Positions 8,295 through 16,900 of a stretch of 64,000 nucleotides of DNA are shown here, piece by piece (position 1 is the first letter of the stretch; each line of letters starts with the position of its first letter). This stretch comes from an uncultured Desulfurococcales archaeon. Its GTDB lineage: Archaea; Thermoproteota; Thermoprotei_A; Sulfolobales; Acidilobaceae. The DNA lies in the NCBI GenBank assembly GCA_964451715.1, contig CAYVIZ010000001.1, forward strand, positions 3,830-67,829, in the 5' to 3' direction. A program made the position numbers and the translations under genes. The notes below the pieces were generated by a model. It saw only the letters and a list, made by a program, of their open reading frames with translations. It made no database searches and had not been told where the DNA came from.

Positions 8295-10220
8295 ATGGTA
8301 AGCAAGGGAGAATTCCTGGCTCCAGCCGGGACAACACGCTTACTCCTAGGCAACGAGGCGATAGCACGTGGAGCTATTGAGGCTGGCGTGGGCTTCGTAG
8401 CAGGATATCCCGGTACGCCATCAACGGAGATCATTGAAACTCTGTCTAAGGTAGCTAGAGACCTAGAGATACACGTCGAGTGGAGTACAAACGAGAAGGT
8501 AGCCCTGGAGGCAGTATACGGGGCGCAGCTAGCAGGAGTAAGGGCAATGGCTGTTATGAAGCATGTAGGTTTAAACGTGGCTGCGGATCCCTTTATGACG
8601 CTATCATACACGGGTGTTGTGGGGGGAACGGTTGTAGTAACAGCCGACGATCCTAGCATGTGGAGTAGCCAGAACGAGCAAGACAATAGATATTATGGGA
8701 TGAAAAGTTACACCCCTGTTTTCGAGCCCAGCGATCCTGGAGAGGCTAAAGAGCTTATAAAGACAGCGTTCGAGTTCAGCGAGAAACACGGGCATCCAGT
8801 GCTTTACCGGACAACTACGAGGATATCTCATGTACGTGGACCTGTTAGGATGAATGATATACCTTTACGTAAAACCAAGGGCGAGTTTAGAAAGAACCCA
8901 GAACGTTTCACCATGATCCCAGCGCATGCAAGAATAAGACGCCGTGAATTAATTTCGAGATGGCCTAGCATAATAGCCGACTTAGAGTCTTTCGAACCCT
9001 TTAACAGGATAGAAAATCCTGGTAACTCCATTGCTATCATGGCTTCAGGTTTAGCCTATTCTTACGCTAGAGAAGCGCTGGAGTCACTAGGATACTATAG
9101 TAGGGTCACATTAGTTAAAGTGGCGACTCCTTTTCCAGTAACACGTAGTCTGCTGAAGCCTGTGCTTGAAGCTGAGAAGGTTCTGGTAGTGGAGGAGTTG
9201 GAGCCCGTTGTTGAAATGCAGGTTAGAAATAGTGTCCAAGAACAAGGGGCCGACGTGAAAATATATGGAAAAGAATTGATACCATTAATAGGTGAGTTAA
9301 CACTCGACAAAGTGGCACATGGCATAGCGAAATTCCTTGGAATAAACACGGTACCAGTAGAGATCTCCGGTGAACCCCATGTAGAGCAGGTACAACTACC
9401 GCCAAGACCCCCCGCCATGTGTCCAGGATGCCCACACAGAGGAACATACTACGCCTTGAGAAAGGCTGTCAACAAGGCTAGAGTTAAACCTGTATACAGT
9501 GGCGACATAGGTTGCTATAGCCTAGGAGTCCTACCCCCCTTCAGAGAACAGGATACGATCATAGAAATGGGGGGAAGCATAGGGCTTGGAAACGGGTTCT
9601 CTCATACGCTCGACAAACAGTTTCCGATAGCCATAATAGGTGACTCAACCTTCTTCCATTCAGGCGTAACAGGTCTGATAAACACCGTGTACAACAAGGC
9701 TCCTCTACTAATCATAGTTCTAGACAACAGGGTAACCGGCATGACGGGCGAACAACCCCATCCCGGGACAGGGCTTACAGCTACGTTTGAGGAGACCGTA
9801 GCTGTAAGTATTAAGAATATAGCCAAAGCCGTAGGAGTAGAACATGTAGAAGAATTCGATCCATTCAACATAAAAGAGTCTACTGAAACCATATATAAAG
9901 CTATAAAATATGTTCTAGAAAACAGGAAGCCAGCTCTCCTAGTAGCTAGGAGGGCGTGCGCCTTAGAGGTTGACAGGAGAGCCAAACGGAAGAACATAGC
10001 TAATCCTATATACCAAGTTATAAGCGATAAATGCACGGGATGCGGTGTATGCTACAACGCGTTTACATGTCCAGCCATAATGGTAGCAGAGGATAAGAAG
10101 GCGTATATAGATGAAACCCTGTGCACGGGATGCGGTGTATGCGCCGAGGTCTGCCCCTTCGACGCTATAGTCAAGATCAGGGAAGGAGATCCGGAATGGT
10201 ATGACCTATGGAATATCTAG
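8295..10220 (+). CDS. iorA: indolepyruvate:ferredoxin oxidoreductase, alpha subunit
   Basis: 641 aa with a TPP-binding 2-oxoacid oxidoreductase core. The C-terminus has two 4Fe-4S motifs (CTGCGVCYNAFTCP and CTGCGVCAEVCP). It is followed by a gamma-like subunit. Confidence 0.85.
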   Translation: MVSKGEFLAPAGTTRLLLGNEAIARGAIEAGVGFVAGYPGTPSTEIIETLSKVARDLEIHVEWSTNEKVALEAVYGAQLAGVRAMAVMKHVGLNVAADPFMTLSYTGVVGGTVVVTADDPSMWSSQNEQDNRYYGMKSYTPVFEPSDPGEAKELIKTAFEFSEKHGHPVLYRTTTRISHVRGPVRMNDIPLRKTKGEFRKNPERFTMIPAHARIRRRELISRWPSIIADLESFEPFNRIENPGNSIAIMASGLAYSYAREALESLGYYSRVTLVKVATPFPVTRSLLKPVLEAEKVLVVEELEPVVEMQVRNSVQEQGADVKIYGKELIPLIGELTLDKVAHGIAKFLGINTVPVEISGEPHVEQVQLPPRPPAMCPGCPHRGTYYALRKAVNKARVKPVYSGDIGCYSLGVLPPFREQDTIIEMGGSIGLGNGFSHTLDKQFPIAIIGDSTFFHSGVTGLINTVYNKAPLLIIVLDNRVTGMTGEQPHPGTGLTATFEETVAVSIKNIAKAVGVEHVEEFDPFNIKESTETIYKAIKYVLENRKPALLVARRACALEVDRRAKRKNIANPIYQVISDKCTGCGVCYNAFTCPAIMVAEDKKAYIDETLCTGCGVCAEVCPFDAIVKIREGDPEWYDLWNI

Positions 10221-10233
10221 AAGGTGATGGGGA

Positions 10234-10824
10234 ATGAATGATAAGGCAAACATACTAATAGCAGGCGTTGGGGGCCAAGGCCTGATAACCATGTCTAACG
10301 TGCTAGCGAAAGCCTCCCTCCTGAATAATGTAAAGGCGTTAGTTGCTGAAACCCATGGTTTAAGTCAAAGGGGAGGAAGCGTAGAAGTTCACGTGAGGAT
10401 AGGTAATGTATACTCGCCTCTCATACCCTTGGGAGGAGCGGACATTGTAGTGGGTATGGAGTTGATAGAAGCCGCTCGGTATCTCAGGTATATAAAACGT
10501 GGAGGAGTAGTGGTAGTAAACGACAGAATAATAAGACCCGCGGTTCCAGGTATTGAACAGCCTAGCAAGGAGGAATTACTAGAGTACATAATGAAACACT
10601 CTGGCTCAGTATATATGATAGACGCGTTGAAATACGCGTTGGAGGCAGGTAGTGCTTTATCCCAGAACATGGTTATACTAGGATCACTGTTTTCGACAGG
10701 CCTACTCGATGAATTCGTATCTACAGATTCGGTTAGAAAAGTTATTAGAACTATGAGGCACCATGAAATCAATGAGAAAGCCTTCGAGCTAGGCCTCAGT
10801 AATACTCGTGTTCTCAAAGACTGA
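10234..10824 (+). CDS. iorB: indolepyruvate:ferredoxin oxidoreductase, beta subunit
   Basis: 196 aa with the N-terminal ILIAGVGGQGLIT motif of the POR-gamma/IorB family. An SD motif (AAGGTGATGG) lies upstream. Confidence 0.8.
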   Translation: MNDKANILIAGVGGQGLITMSNVLAKASLLNNVKALVAETHGLSQRGGSVEVHVRIGNVYSPLIPLGGADIVVGMELIEAARYLRYIKRGGVVVVNDRIIRPAVPGIEQPSKEELLEYIMKHSGSVYMIDALKYALEAGSALSQNMVILGSLFSTGLLDEFVSTDSVRKVIRTMRHHEINEKAFELGLSNTRVLKD

Positions 10825-11082
10825 GACATTAATCCCTCCAAAACCATCTTCGATCTGTTTTTTATAGGCACGGAGAGACTCTGCCTCAGACTGCAAATAG
10901 GAAAGCACTGCTGTGAACACTATTCTCTCTATTTCGTCTTGTTCGCTGTCTCCTGTAGTATGGTTTAATCTATTGTTGTAAAACATTATCTTCTTCTCCA
11001 GCTCCCCTATCTCCTTGTCTATAACTGCGGAGAACACTGTTCTCGGCTCTCCATAAAACATGCGTTCATCTAGTTGACTCAA
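10789..11082 (-). CDS. hypothetical helical protein
   Basis: 97-aa ORF whose 3' end overlaps the iorB 3' end by 36 nt in convergent orientation. No motif recognised. Confidence 0.35.
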   Translation of the reverse strand: MSQLDERMFYGEPRTVFSAVIDKEIGELEKKIMFYNNRLNHTTGDSEQDEIERIVFTAVLSYLQSEAESLRAYKKQIEDGFGGINVSVFENTSITEA

Positions 11083-11170
11083 AGTAGTTGCACCCGTATT
11101 TACATTTATGTTAAACCCTATTATCCCGGTATATCATAGTACAACAGGCGTAATACTATAGTGGTTCGAA

Positions 11171-11497
11171 ATGTACCGCAATAGATCTGTATGCGAGATA
11201 TGCGGTGGACAGGCCAGCCATCAATGTAAGATATGTGGTAGACTGGTCTGTAGTAAACACTACGACGAAGCTAGGGGAATCTGCTCAATATGCTCTATGT
11301 CACTATGTGAGATATGCGGTGAGAAACTCGCAATAGGCTACTGCTCAATATGCGGTAGACTAGGATGTGACTCCTGTCTGGTTCAAATAGACCCCTCTAG
11401 ATGGATGTGTAGGGACTGTGTAAAACAAGGCTTATCCCGGATCCCCCGCCTCGTATGCAGGCCATCCAGTGGGCTTGCCAAATCCATATGGGGCTGA
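11171..11497 (+). CDS. cysteine-rich multi-zinc-finger protein
   Basis: 108 aa with eleven CxxC-type pairs. It contains an internal duplication: CEICGGQASHQCKICGRLVCSKH and CEICGEKLAIGYCSICGRLGCDSC. Confidence 0.55.
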   Translation: MYRNRSVCEICGGQASHQCKICGRLVCSKHYDEARGICSICSMSLCEICGEKLAIGYCSICGRLGCDSCLVQIDPSRWMCRDCVKQGLSRIPRLVCRPSSGLAKSIWG

Positions 11498-11561
11498 TTC
11501 CTCGGGTATTCTTTTTAACCCATGAACCAGTCCTATTAATGCTCAAGAGGTGTAAGGGGTC

Positions 11562-12128
11562 TTGAGGACTGAGGCAGTTGATTTGCTTAAAAGAATATCG
11601 TCCCGATACGGGGAAGCCTTGGAGTCTGTGCCCGCAGTTGGCCTTAGGAATATGGCTATACGTGGTGTTTACGAGAGGATACTAGTTATAACTGACTCCA
11701 CGGCGAAGAACCTCTTCAACAAAGCCTACTGTTTGGCGAAGAATGAGGAAAACTGTGTACGGAGTGACGGCACAGAGTACTGTTCCATAGGGTGTGGGAA
11801 CCTAGGGTTGATAGATATATCAGAGAATAGCCTCGGCTTGAGCATCGCAAAATATGGCAACAATGCGTCTTCCATTAAAATAAGTGGAGAAGGATTATTC
11901 GTATCAAGTAAAGACTTCTACTTACTAATAAAAAGCGACTTATCTATTGCGATCAGGCTTCCTGGTAAGGATCAGTTAAAGGAAATGAATATAGATCTAA
12001 GTGACCACGAGGCTATAATCGATAACAATAGTCTGATAAAATATGTTTTCAGGAAAGCAGACAGAATAATTGGAAAAATGTTGGAAGCAGAAAACTACTG
12101 CATAAAACAGAGAATGATAGCGTGCTAG
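11562..12128 (+). CDS. hypothetical protein
   Basis: 188-aa ORF with a TTG start. No recognisable motif. The 3' half is AT-rich. Confidence 0.4.
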   Translation: MRTEAVDLLKRISSRYGEALESVPAVGLRNMAIRGVYERILVITDSTAKNLFNKAYCLAKNEENCVRSDGTEYCSIGCGNLGLIDISENSLGLSIAKYGNNASSIKISGEGLFVSSKDFYLLIKSDLSIAIRLPGKDQLKEMNIDLSDHEAIIDNNSLIKYVFRKADRIIGKMLEAENYCIKQRMIAC

Positions 12129-12314
12129 TCCTTAGAACTCTTTTCCTAGTCCTACTAGGTTGAAGGTTCCATGCTGATCATCCGGCTATGGAGCCATTGA
12201 ATATATTGAAGTCTAAACAAGCATTATTTCCAGCGTGCCGGAAATATTAATAAACTTTTCATATAATAAGGGTTTTTAATAGAAATAAAATTACATAAGT
12301 ATGGGTGATGAAAA

Positions 12315-12503
12315 ATGGTCGAGGACACTAAAAAGGCTCCTCCAATAAAAGTATTCAACCCTTATACAGGCAAAGAAGAGTTGCTTGTACCGCTAAAAAC
12401 TTGGAATATAAAACCCAACCTAAAAATGGGACAGTTCAAATGCCCCCATACTGGGAGATATTTCAAGGCAAAAGTCCCATTAGACTATCCTGACGTCCCT
12501 TAG
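12315..12503 (+). CDS. creN7: chromatin protein Cren7
   Basis: 62 aa. The segments GKEELLVPLKTW and GQFKCPHTGRYFKAKVPLDYP resemble Sulfolobus Cren7 (GKEAELVPEKVW...[21 protein letters not shown]). A GGTGAT SD motif lies 6 nt upstream of the ATG. Confidence 0.8.
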   Translation: MVEDTKKAPPIKVFNPYTGKEELLVPLKTWNIKPNLKMGQFKCPHTGRYFKAKVPLDYPDVP

Positions 12504-12508
12504 CTCTT

Positions 12509-12571
12509 AGGGCTCAGCTGAAACCTCTCTATCGTCACTTACTCGGATTCCGGCGCAGTCATCACAGCCCT
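12509..12571 (-). ncRNA. candidate C/D box sRNA (63 nt)
   Basis: Minus strand reads AGGGC-U-GUGAUGA(C)-CUGCGCCGGAAU-CCGA(D')-GUAA-GUGACGA(C')-UAGAGAGGUUUCAG-CUGA(D)-GCCCU. There is a 5-bp terminal stem. It is intergenic, between creN7 and moeA. Confidence 0.6.
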
Positions 12572-12621
12572 GAGAATGTTTTTAGATTTAACTTAAAATA
12601 TTGTATTAAAATAAATTAAGA

Positions 12622-14346
12622 TCACTTCCTCTTGTAAAGAAACAGTAGCCTCTCCCTAGCGATAACTGTTATCCTATACGTTTTCTCCTCAACCACCATG
12701 TCAAGAGGCAGCAAAGCACAGTCTAAGTATCCCTTCTCCAGTAATACTTTCAAACCCTGGAACCTAGGATGATATAATACTCGTGTATCCTCAGGGAATT
12801 CCTTTCTAAGCGAGCTATAACCGCTCCTGATACCGGTATAACTACACTCACTAGAGTCTTTTCTCTCCACCCTAGCCAAGTCCCTGTAGCCTATCTCTAC
12901 AGTATCAAATCCCGAATAGTCGTTATCTTCCAATACTATGTTAGAAGCAATTATATAATCCATAGACTCCAAGGATGACCCGTCTACCTGCTCAGGCGGT
13001 ATCGGGATTATCCTATATCTAGTATCGCTTTCTAATAGTTTCTCGATTAGACCCGATATACTCTCTAGCCTAGATAGGTCGGTGAATGAAAACACTGTAG
13101 GTAACGGATACCTCTTAAAATAGACGTGAACAGGCTCTTTTTCATACAGCGGCGCATATGCTTCTGAGGGAAGTTCTATATACCCGTCAGCCCATGCATA
13201 GGAGGCTATCATATAACTGTCCCTAGCCACAGGCCATACCATGTCTCCCGCGGCAGCTACTGGTAAAAAGGTTGTCCTTCCCCTAGCCCCATAAATTGTA
13301 GTCCCCAAATAAGCCTTTCTAGTGTAAGGTTCTCCCTGTGCCAAACCCGTCATACCCAGATACGGCAACACCACCTTCTCGAATACGTTAACCGCACTCC
13401 GAGGATTACCTGGCAGACCGAAGAACGGCTTACCGTGTATTTCACCGATTATTGTCGGCTTGCCAGGCTTGATCCTTAATCCGTGCACCATTATTGTCCC
13501 TATCTTACCTACTGCCTTATAGAGAACATCCTCAGGCCCTGCTGATGTACCGCCTGTAAATATTATCAAGTCCGAGTCGCGGGACGCTTTCTCTAGAGCT
13601 TCTATAAGCACTTCTAAATCATCTTCCACAATCCCATAATCAATACTCTCAAAGCCCAGAGACCTGGTTCGCCCTATTAGGTAGTGCCTGTTAGAATTAT
13701 AGATCTTGCCTTCTACTAAGGGTGCTCCGGGCTCAATCAGTTCATCCCCAGTACTGCCAATCGACACGCGTATTCTACGTGTTGCATATACTTCTGATAT
13801 ACCGACAGAGGCTAGTGATCCGGCTATTTCGGGTGTTATAAGGGTTCCTTTAGATATCACTAGGTCTCCTTTACCTATATCCGTTGAAGGTAGTGCGATA
13901 TTCATTCCCACATTGGCGCTTCTACTTATAACAGCCTCACCGGCCTCCAGTTCCACGTATTCTATGGGTACGACAGAATCTGCTCCTAATGGAATCCATG
14001 CACCCGTGTCGACTTCTATACAGGTTCCAGGTTTCACAGTGTCAAGGGGCTTGTCGCCGACATGTATTCGTCCCCTGTAAACCAGTTTTACAGGGTTATC
14101 CTCCCCTGCTCCTATGGTATTACTGGATATGACTGCGCAGCCGTCTACTAGCGATCTGGGATAGTAGGGTAGATCTATAGGAGAGTATATGTTTTCCACT
14201 GAAAGCCTCCCAACAGCCTCTTCTATATTCACCTTAGACTTGCTTGTCATTAACTCGCTTAGAATCCTCTTCCTAGAACGAGTTACCAGATTACGTATAG
14301 CCCTTGCGGGATCCTCTAGGGTTTTGAATACCTTTCTGTCCCTCAA
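12622..14346 (-). CDS. moeA: MoeA-family molybdopterin molybdenum/tungsten transferase with an extra C-terminal domain
   Basis: 574 aa. The MoeA core includes GDKPL..., the MoCF domain FTGGTSAGPEDV and GLPGNPRSA. A C-terminal extension of about 170 aa is absent from the adjacent paralog. Confidence 0.75.
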   Translation of the reverse strand: MRDRKVFKTLEDPARAIRNLVTRSRKRILSELMTSKSKVNIEEAVGRLSVENIYSPIDLPYYPRSLVDGCAVISSNTIGAGEDNPVKLVYRGRIHVGDKPLDTVKPGTCIEVDTGAWIPLGADSVVPIEYVELEAGEAVISRSANVGMNIALPSTDIGKGDLVISKGTLITPEIAGSLASVGISEVYATRRIRVSIGSTGDELIEPGAPLVEGKIYNSNRHYLIGRTRSLGFESIDYGIVEDDLEVLIEALEKASRDSDLIIFTGGTSAGPEDVLYKAVGKIGTIMVHGLRIKPGKPTIIGEIHGKPFFGLPGNPRSAVNVFEKVVLPYLGMTGLAQGEPYTRKAYLGTTIYGARGRTTFLPVAAAGDMVWPVARDSYMIASYAWADGYIELPSEAYAPLYEKEPVHVYFKRYPLPTVFSFTDLSRLESISGLIEKLLESDTRYRIIPIPPEQVDGSSLESMDYIIASNIVLEDNDYSGFDTVEIGYRDLARVERKDSSECSYTGIRSGYSSLRKEFPEDTRVLYHPRFQGLKVLLEKGYLDCALLPLDMVVEEKTYRITVIARERLLFLYKRK

Positions 14347-14361
14347 AGCCTGTTAACACCC

Positions 14362-15627
14362 CTAGCATGAGAAATTGTCTGGATCATAAATAATGACGTC
14401 TACCGTATCTCCCTCATTGAAACCCGTCACATCGGGTGGTACAGGTATAACCGCATTGCCATCCTTTAATGTGGATAGTATCCCGCTTCCAGTCAGTCTC
14501 AAGGGGTCAACAAGTATCCTCCCTTCCATGCTACAATGCACTCTGGCTCTAACATAATTCATCATCCCGGTATGTGTAACCAGCTTCCTCGTCAACACGC
14601 CTTTAACTATAGGGAGGATACTTCTATTCCTGCCTAATGCACGGGCTAACGCTGGCTCCAAAACAGCCATAAGCTCGGTCAACGCTGCAACAGGCATCCC
14701 GCTCAGGGCGAGAACTAGTTTTCCCCCGAGTAGTCCGACGCCGAAGGGTCTTCCGGGTGTTAAAGCGAAACCATGTATGAATTCCTCTGGTTTAAGTTTC
14801 TCGAGAACCCTTATAGTAGTGTCTTTCTTCCCTACACTAGTACCTCCTGTCGATATGACTATCTCAGCTGTTTCGAGAGCGTTCATGTAGGCGTTTTCTA
14901 TGAGCTTCTCGTCATCAGCGATTATACCCATATCACTGATTCTGTTGAAGCCCATTCTCTTGAGGAAACCTATTACTATTCTTCGCGTGGAATCATATAT
15001 CTTAGAGGGAGTCTTCTCTTCCCCTGGCTCTACTATCTCGTTACCCGTTGAGAACACTGCTATTCTAGGTAAATCCCAGACCTCCATGTATTTAAGCCCG
15101 ACTGAGGAGAGCATTGCTATATGGTGTTCTTTGAGTCTCGCACCTCGCTCTACTATAATGTCTCCCTTCCTAATGTCTTCCCCGCGGGAGCTTATACCAT
15201 AGCCGGGATTGAACTCCCTCACTACTCTCACATATTCATCATTCTTCTTAGTAACAATGTACTCTGCCGGAACAACTGTATCGGCTCCTCTGGGCAATAT
15301 AGAGCCCGTAGCGACTTCTACACAGTAACCATGCTCGACAGAGAAACTATACTCGTCTCCAGCATAAAGAGCTCCCTTCTTGACCAGCACCACAGGGGAT
15401 TCCGGGGAGGCGCCTCCTAAATCGGAAGCCTTAACCGCACACCCGTCCACTACTGCCCTATCGTATGGGGGTACATCCGTTGGAGAATAAACCTCCTCAG
15501 CGGCGTATTTGTTAAATGCTTCATCCACACTGATCCTCAAAACTCTAAGCACATGATTTAAATAATCCTCAACAAGCTTGACTGCCTTCTCTATATTGTT
15601 GAGTCTTCTCATAAACCTGTATGACAA
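14362..15627 (-). CDS. moeA: MoeA molybdopterin molybdenum/tungsten transferase
   Basis: 421 aa with MoeA motifs (DGCAV, STGGTSVGKKD, GMPVAA). It sits in tandem with the longer paralog. Confidence 0.8.
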   Translation of the reverse strand: MSYRFMRRLNNIEKAVKLVEDYLNHVLRVLRISVDEAFNKYAAEEVYSPTDVPPYDRAVVDGCAVKASDLGGASPESPVVLVKKGALYAGDEYSFSVEHGYCVEVATGSILPRGADTVVPAEYIVTKKNDEYVRVVREFNPGYGISSRGEDIRKGDIIVERGARLKEHHIAMLSSVGLKYMEVWDLPRIAVFSTGNEIVEPGEEKTPSKIYDSTRRIVIGFLKRMGFNRISDMGIIADDEKLIENAYMNALETAEIVISTGGTSVGKKDTTIRVLEKLKPEEFIHGFALTPGRPFGVGLLGGKLVLALSGMPVAALTELMAVLEPALARALGRNRSILPIVKGVLTRKLVTHTGMMNYVRARVHCSMEGRILVDPLRLTGSGILSTLKDGNAVIPVPPDVTGFNEGDTVDVIIYDPDNFSC

Positions 15628-15745
15628 ACCATTGCCACCGAGAATTTCTTACTTTATAACATTCATGAAGCTATAAAAAGACTGGACAAAGATAGTGTCA
15701 ATGATAAAAGAAGAGGTACCTGTTTGCTGAGTCTGACGAAGGGGA

Positions 15746-16171
15746 TCAGTACCTCCTACCGTAGGAGCCGTATCCTCCTGAACGACCATATCTCCGGCCG
15801 CCGTATCTCCGCCGCTGTGACTCTCCCTTAGGAACGTCTTCGGGGACGTCTTCTGGCTGGGGGACTTCATCGTCGTTTATCTCATTTATCTCCCCTCTGA
15901 ACCCGACGTTTAACTGTACTTCACCGCGGAAGCTCGTTGTCCAGCCTCCCTTAACCTCTACGGCTTGGCCTTCTTTTAATGTGTCGGCATGGTCTCCCCA
16001 TAGGGTTAGTTTTACTCTTCCAGTGTCGTCTCCTACTATGGCCTCGCTTATCGTTCTTTCTCCCTTCCGGGTTTGAACGGTTTTAGGCTCATATGTTTCT
16101 ATAACGCGGACTTTAACCGAGACGTTATCCATGTCAGGCTTGAGTTCGGATATTTTCTTGTTTTCTTCCAA
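15746..16171 (-). CDS. ssb: single-stranded DNA-binding protein (crenarchaeal single-OB SSB)
   Basis: The sequence TISEAIVGDDTGRVKLTLWGDHA...GWTTSFRGEVQLNVG closely parallels Sulfolobus SSB. The C-terminal tail is acidic and then R/G/Y-rich. Confidence 0.85.
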   Translation of the reverse strand: MEENKKISELKPDMDNVSVKVRVIETYEPKTVQTRKGERTISEAIVGDDTGRVKLTLWGDHADTLKEGQAVEVKGGWTTSFRGEVQLNVGFRGEINEINDDEVPQPEDVPEDVPKGESQRRRYGGRRYGRSGGYGSYGRRY

Positions 16172-16282
16172 GTTTCATCTTCCACGCTTTAGTTAGTGGG
16201 TTATCATGTCTAGAGTAGAGTATATAAATATAGCCCTCCTTCTCTTAACCAGCGATACAGGCTTCTAGTCTGACTCCTTATT

Positions 16283-16900
16283 TCATAGATGAAACGGGAT
16301 AAAGACCCTTCTACCCTCTAAGCCTATTATTCCTCTTTCAGAGTTCTCTATGAGCATTCGTCTTGCTTTGCTTTTGGTGACCATATATCTTGTCGATATT
16401 ATTGAAACAGCCTCCCCTACATCAAGGTAGCCGTAATCTTCTATATAGGGTCTTATTGTTTCAAGGAAGAGGCGTTCTTCTGGAGTAAGCACGGCTGCCC
16501 GAATACCGCATTTGTGTATATCTACTAGGAAGCCTATCTCGTTTACTTCTAGTAGATATCTTCCCGGAACTACTGTGGGTTTATATGATACGATATCATA
16601 GCCTTTTAGATGCCTCCTTGACCTATATACTGCGAAAACGGGCATGCCGCAATAGTTTAGATCATCTAAAACGATATCCGCCTCGCAATGCTCATGAGTT
16701 AAAATATACCTGCAGCCGCACCCAGTTAGGGTTTCCGCGATAAGGCTGGACGTTGTATATAGTTTGGGTTGTATGCGTCTCTTGTTCATGTTTGTACAGG
16801 TTATTGATGCGAGGGAAGTTATAATGCGTTTATTGTACCTCTTAAGAAGTACTCTAGTCTCTACTCCTAATCTTTCTATCCAGTCTCTCAATACAGGCAC
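16283..16900 (-). CDS. hypothetical protein with a possible C-terminal wHTH
   Basis: The ORF-track start at 16900 overlaps the upstream gene by 47 nt. The internal ATG at 16789 (MNKRRIQ...) is the more likely start. Features are a Cys/His cluster (CGCRYILTHEHCE) and a C-terminal helical segment. Confidence 0.4.
   Translation of the reverse strand: MPVLRDWIERLGVETRVLLKRYNKRIITSLASITCTNMNKRRIQPKLYTTSSLIAETLTGCGCRYILTHEHCEADIVLDDLNYCGMPVFAVYRSRRHLKGYDIVSYKPTVVPGRYLLEVNEIGFLVDIHKCGIRAAVLTPEERLFLETIRPYIEDYGYLDVGEAVSIISTRYMVTKSKARRMLIENSERGIIGLEGRRVFIPFHL

Noticed and set aside
10124-10160. A near-identical nucleotide stretch of about 30 nt (GGATGCGGTGTATGCGC.GAGGTCTGCCC) shared between iorA (twice, in part) and the por delta gene at 29990-30020.
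   Set aside because: It encodes the same CxGCGVCAEVCP 4Fe-4S motif. Conserved peptide sequence plus shared codon preference explain it, so it is not a mobile or regulatory repeat.
12303-12311. GUGAUGA immediately upstream of creN7 as a C box.
   Set aside because: It is the GGTGAT Shine-Dalgarno motif 6 nt from the ATG, and there is no D box or terminal stem nearby.
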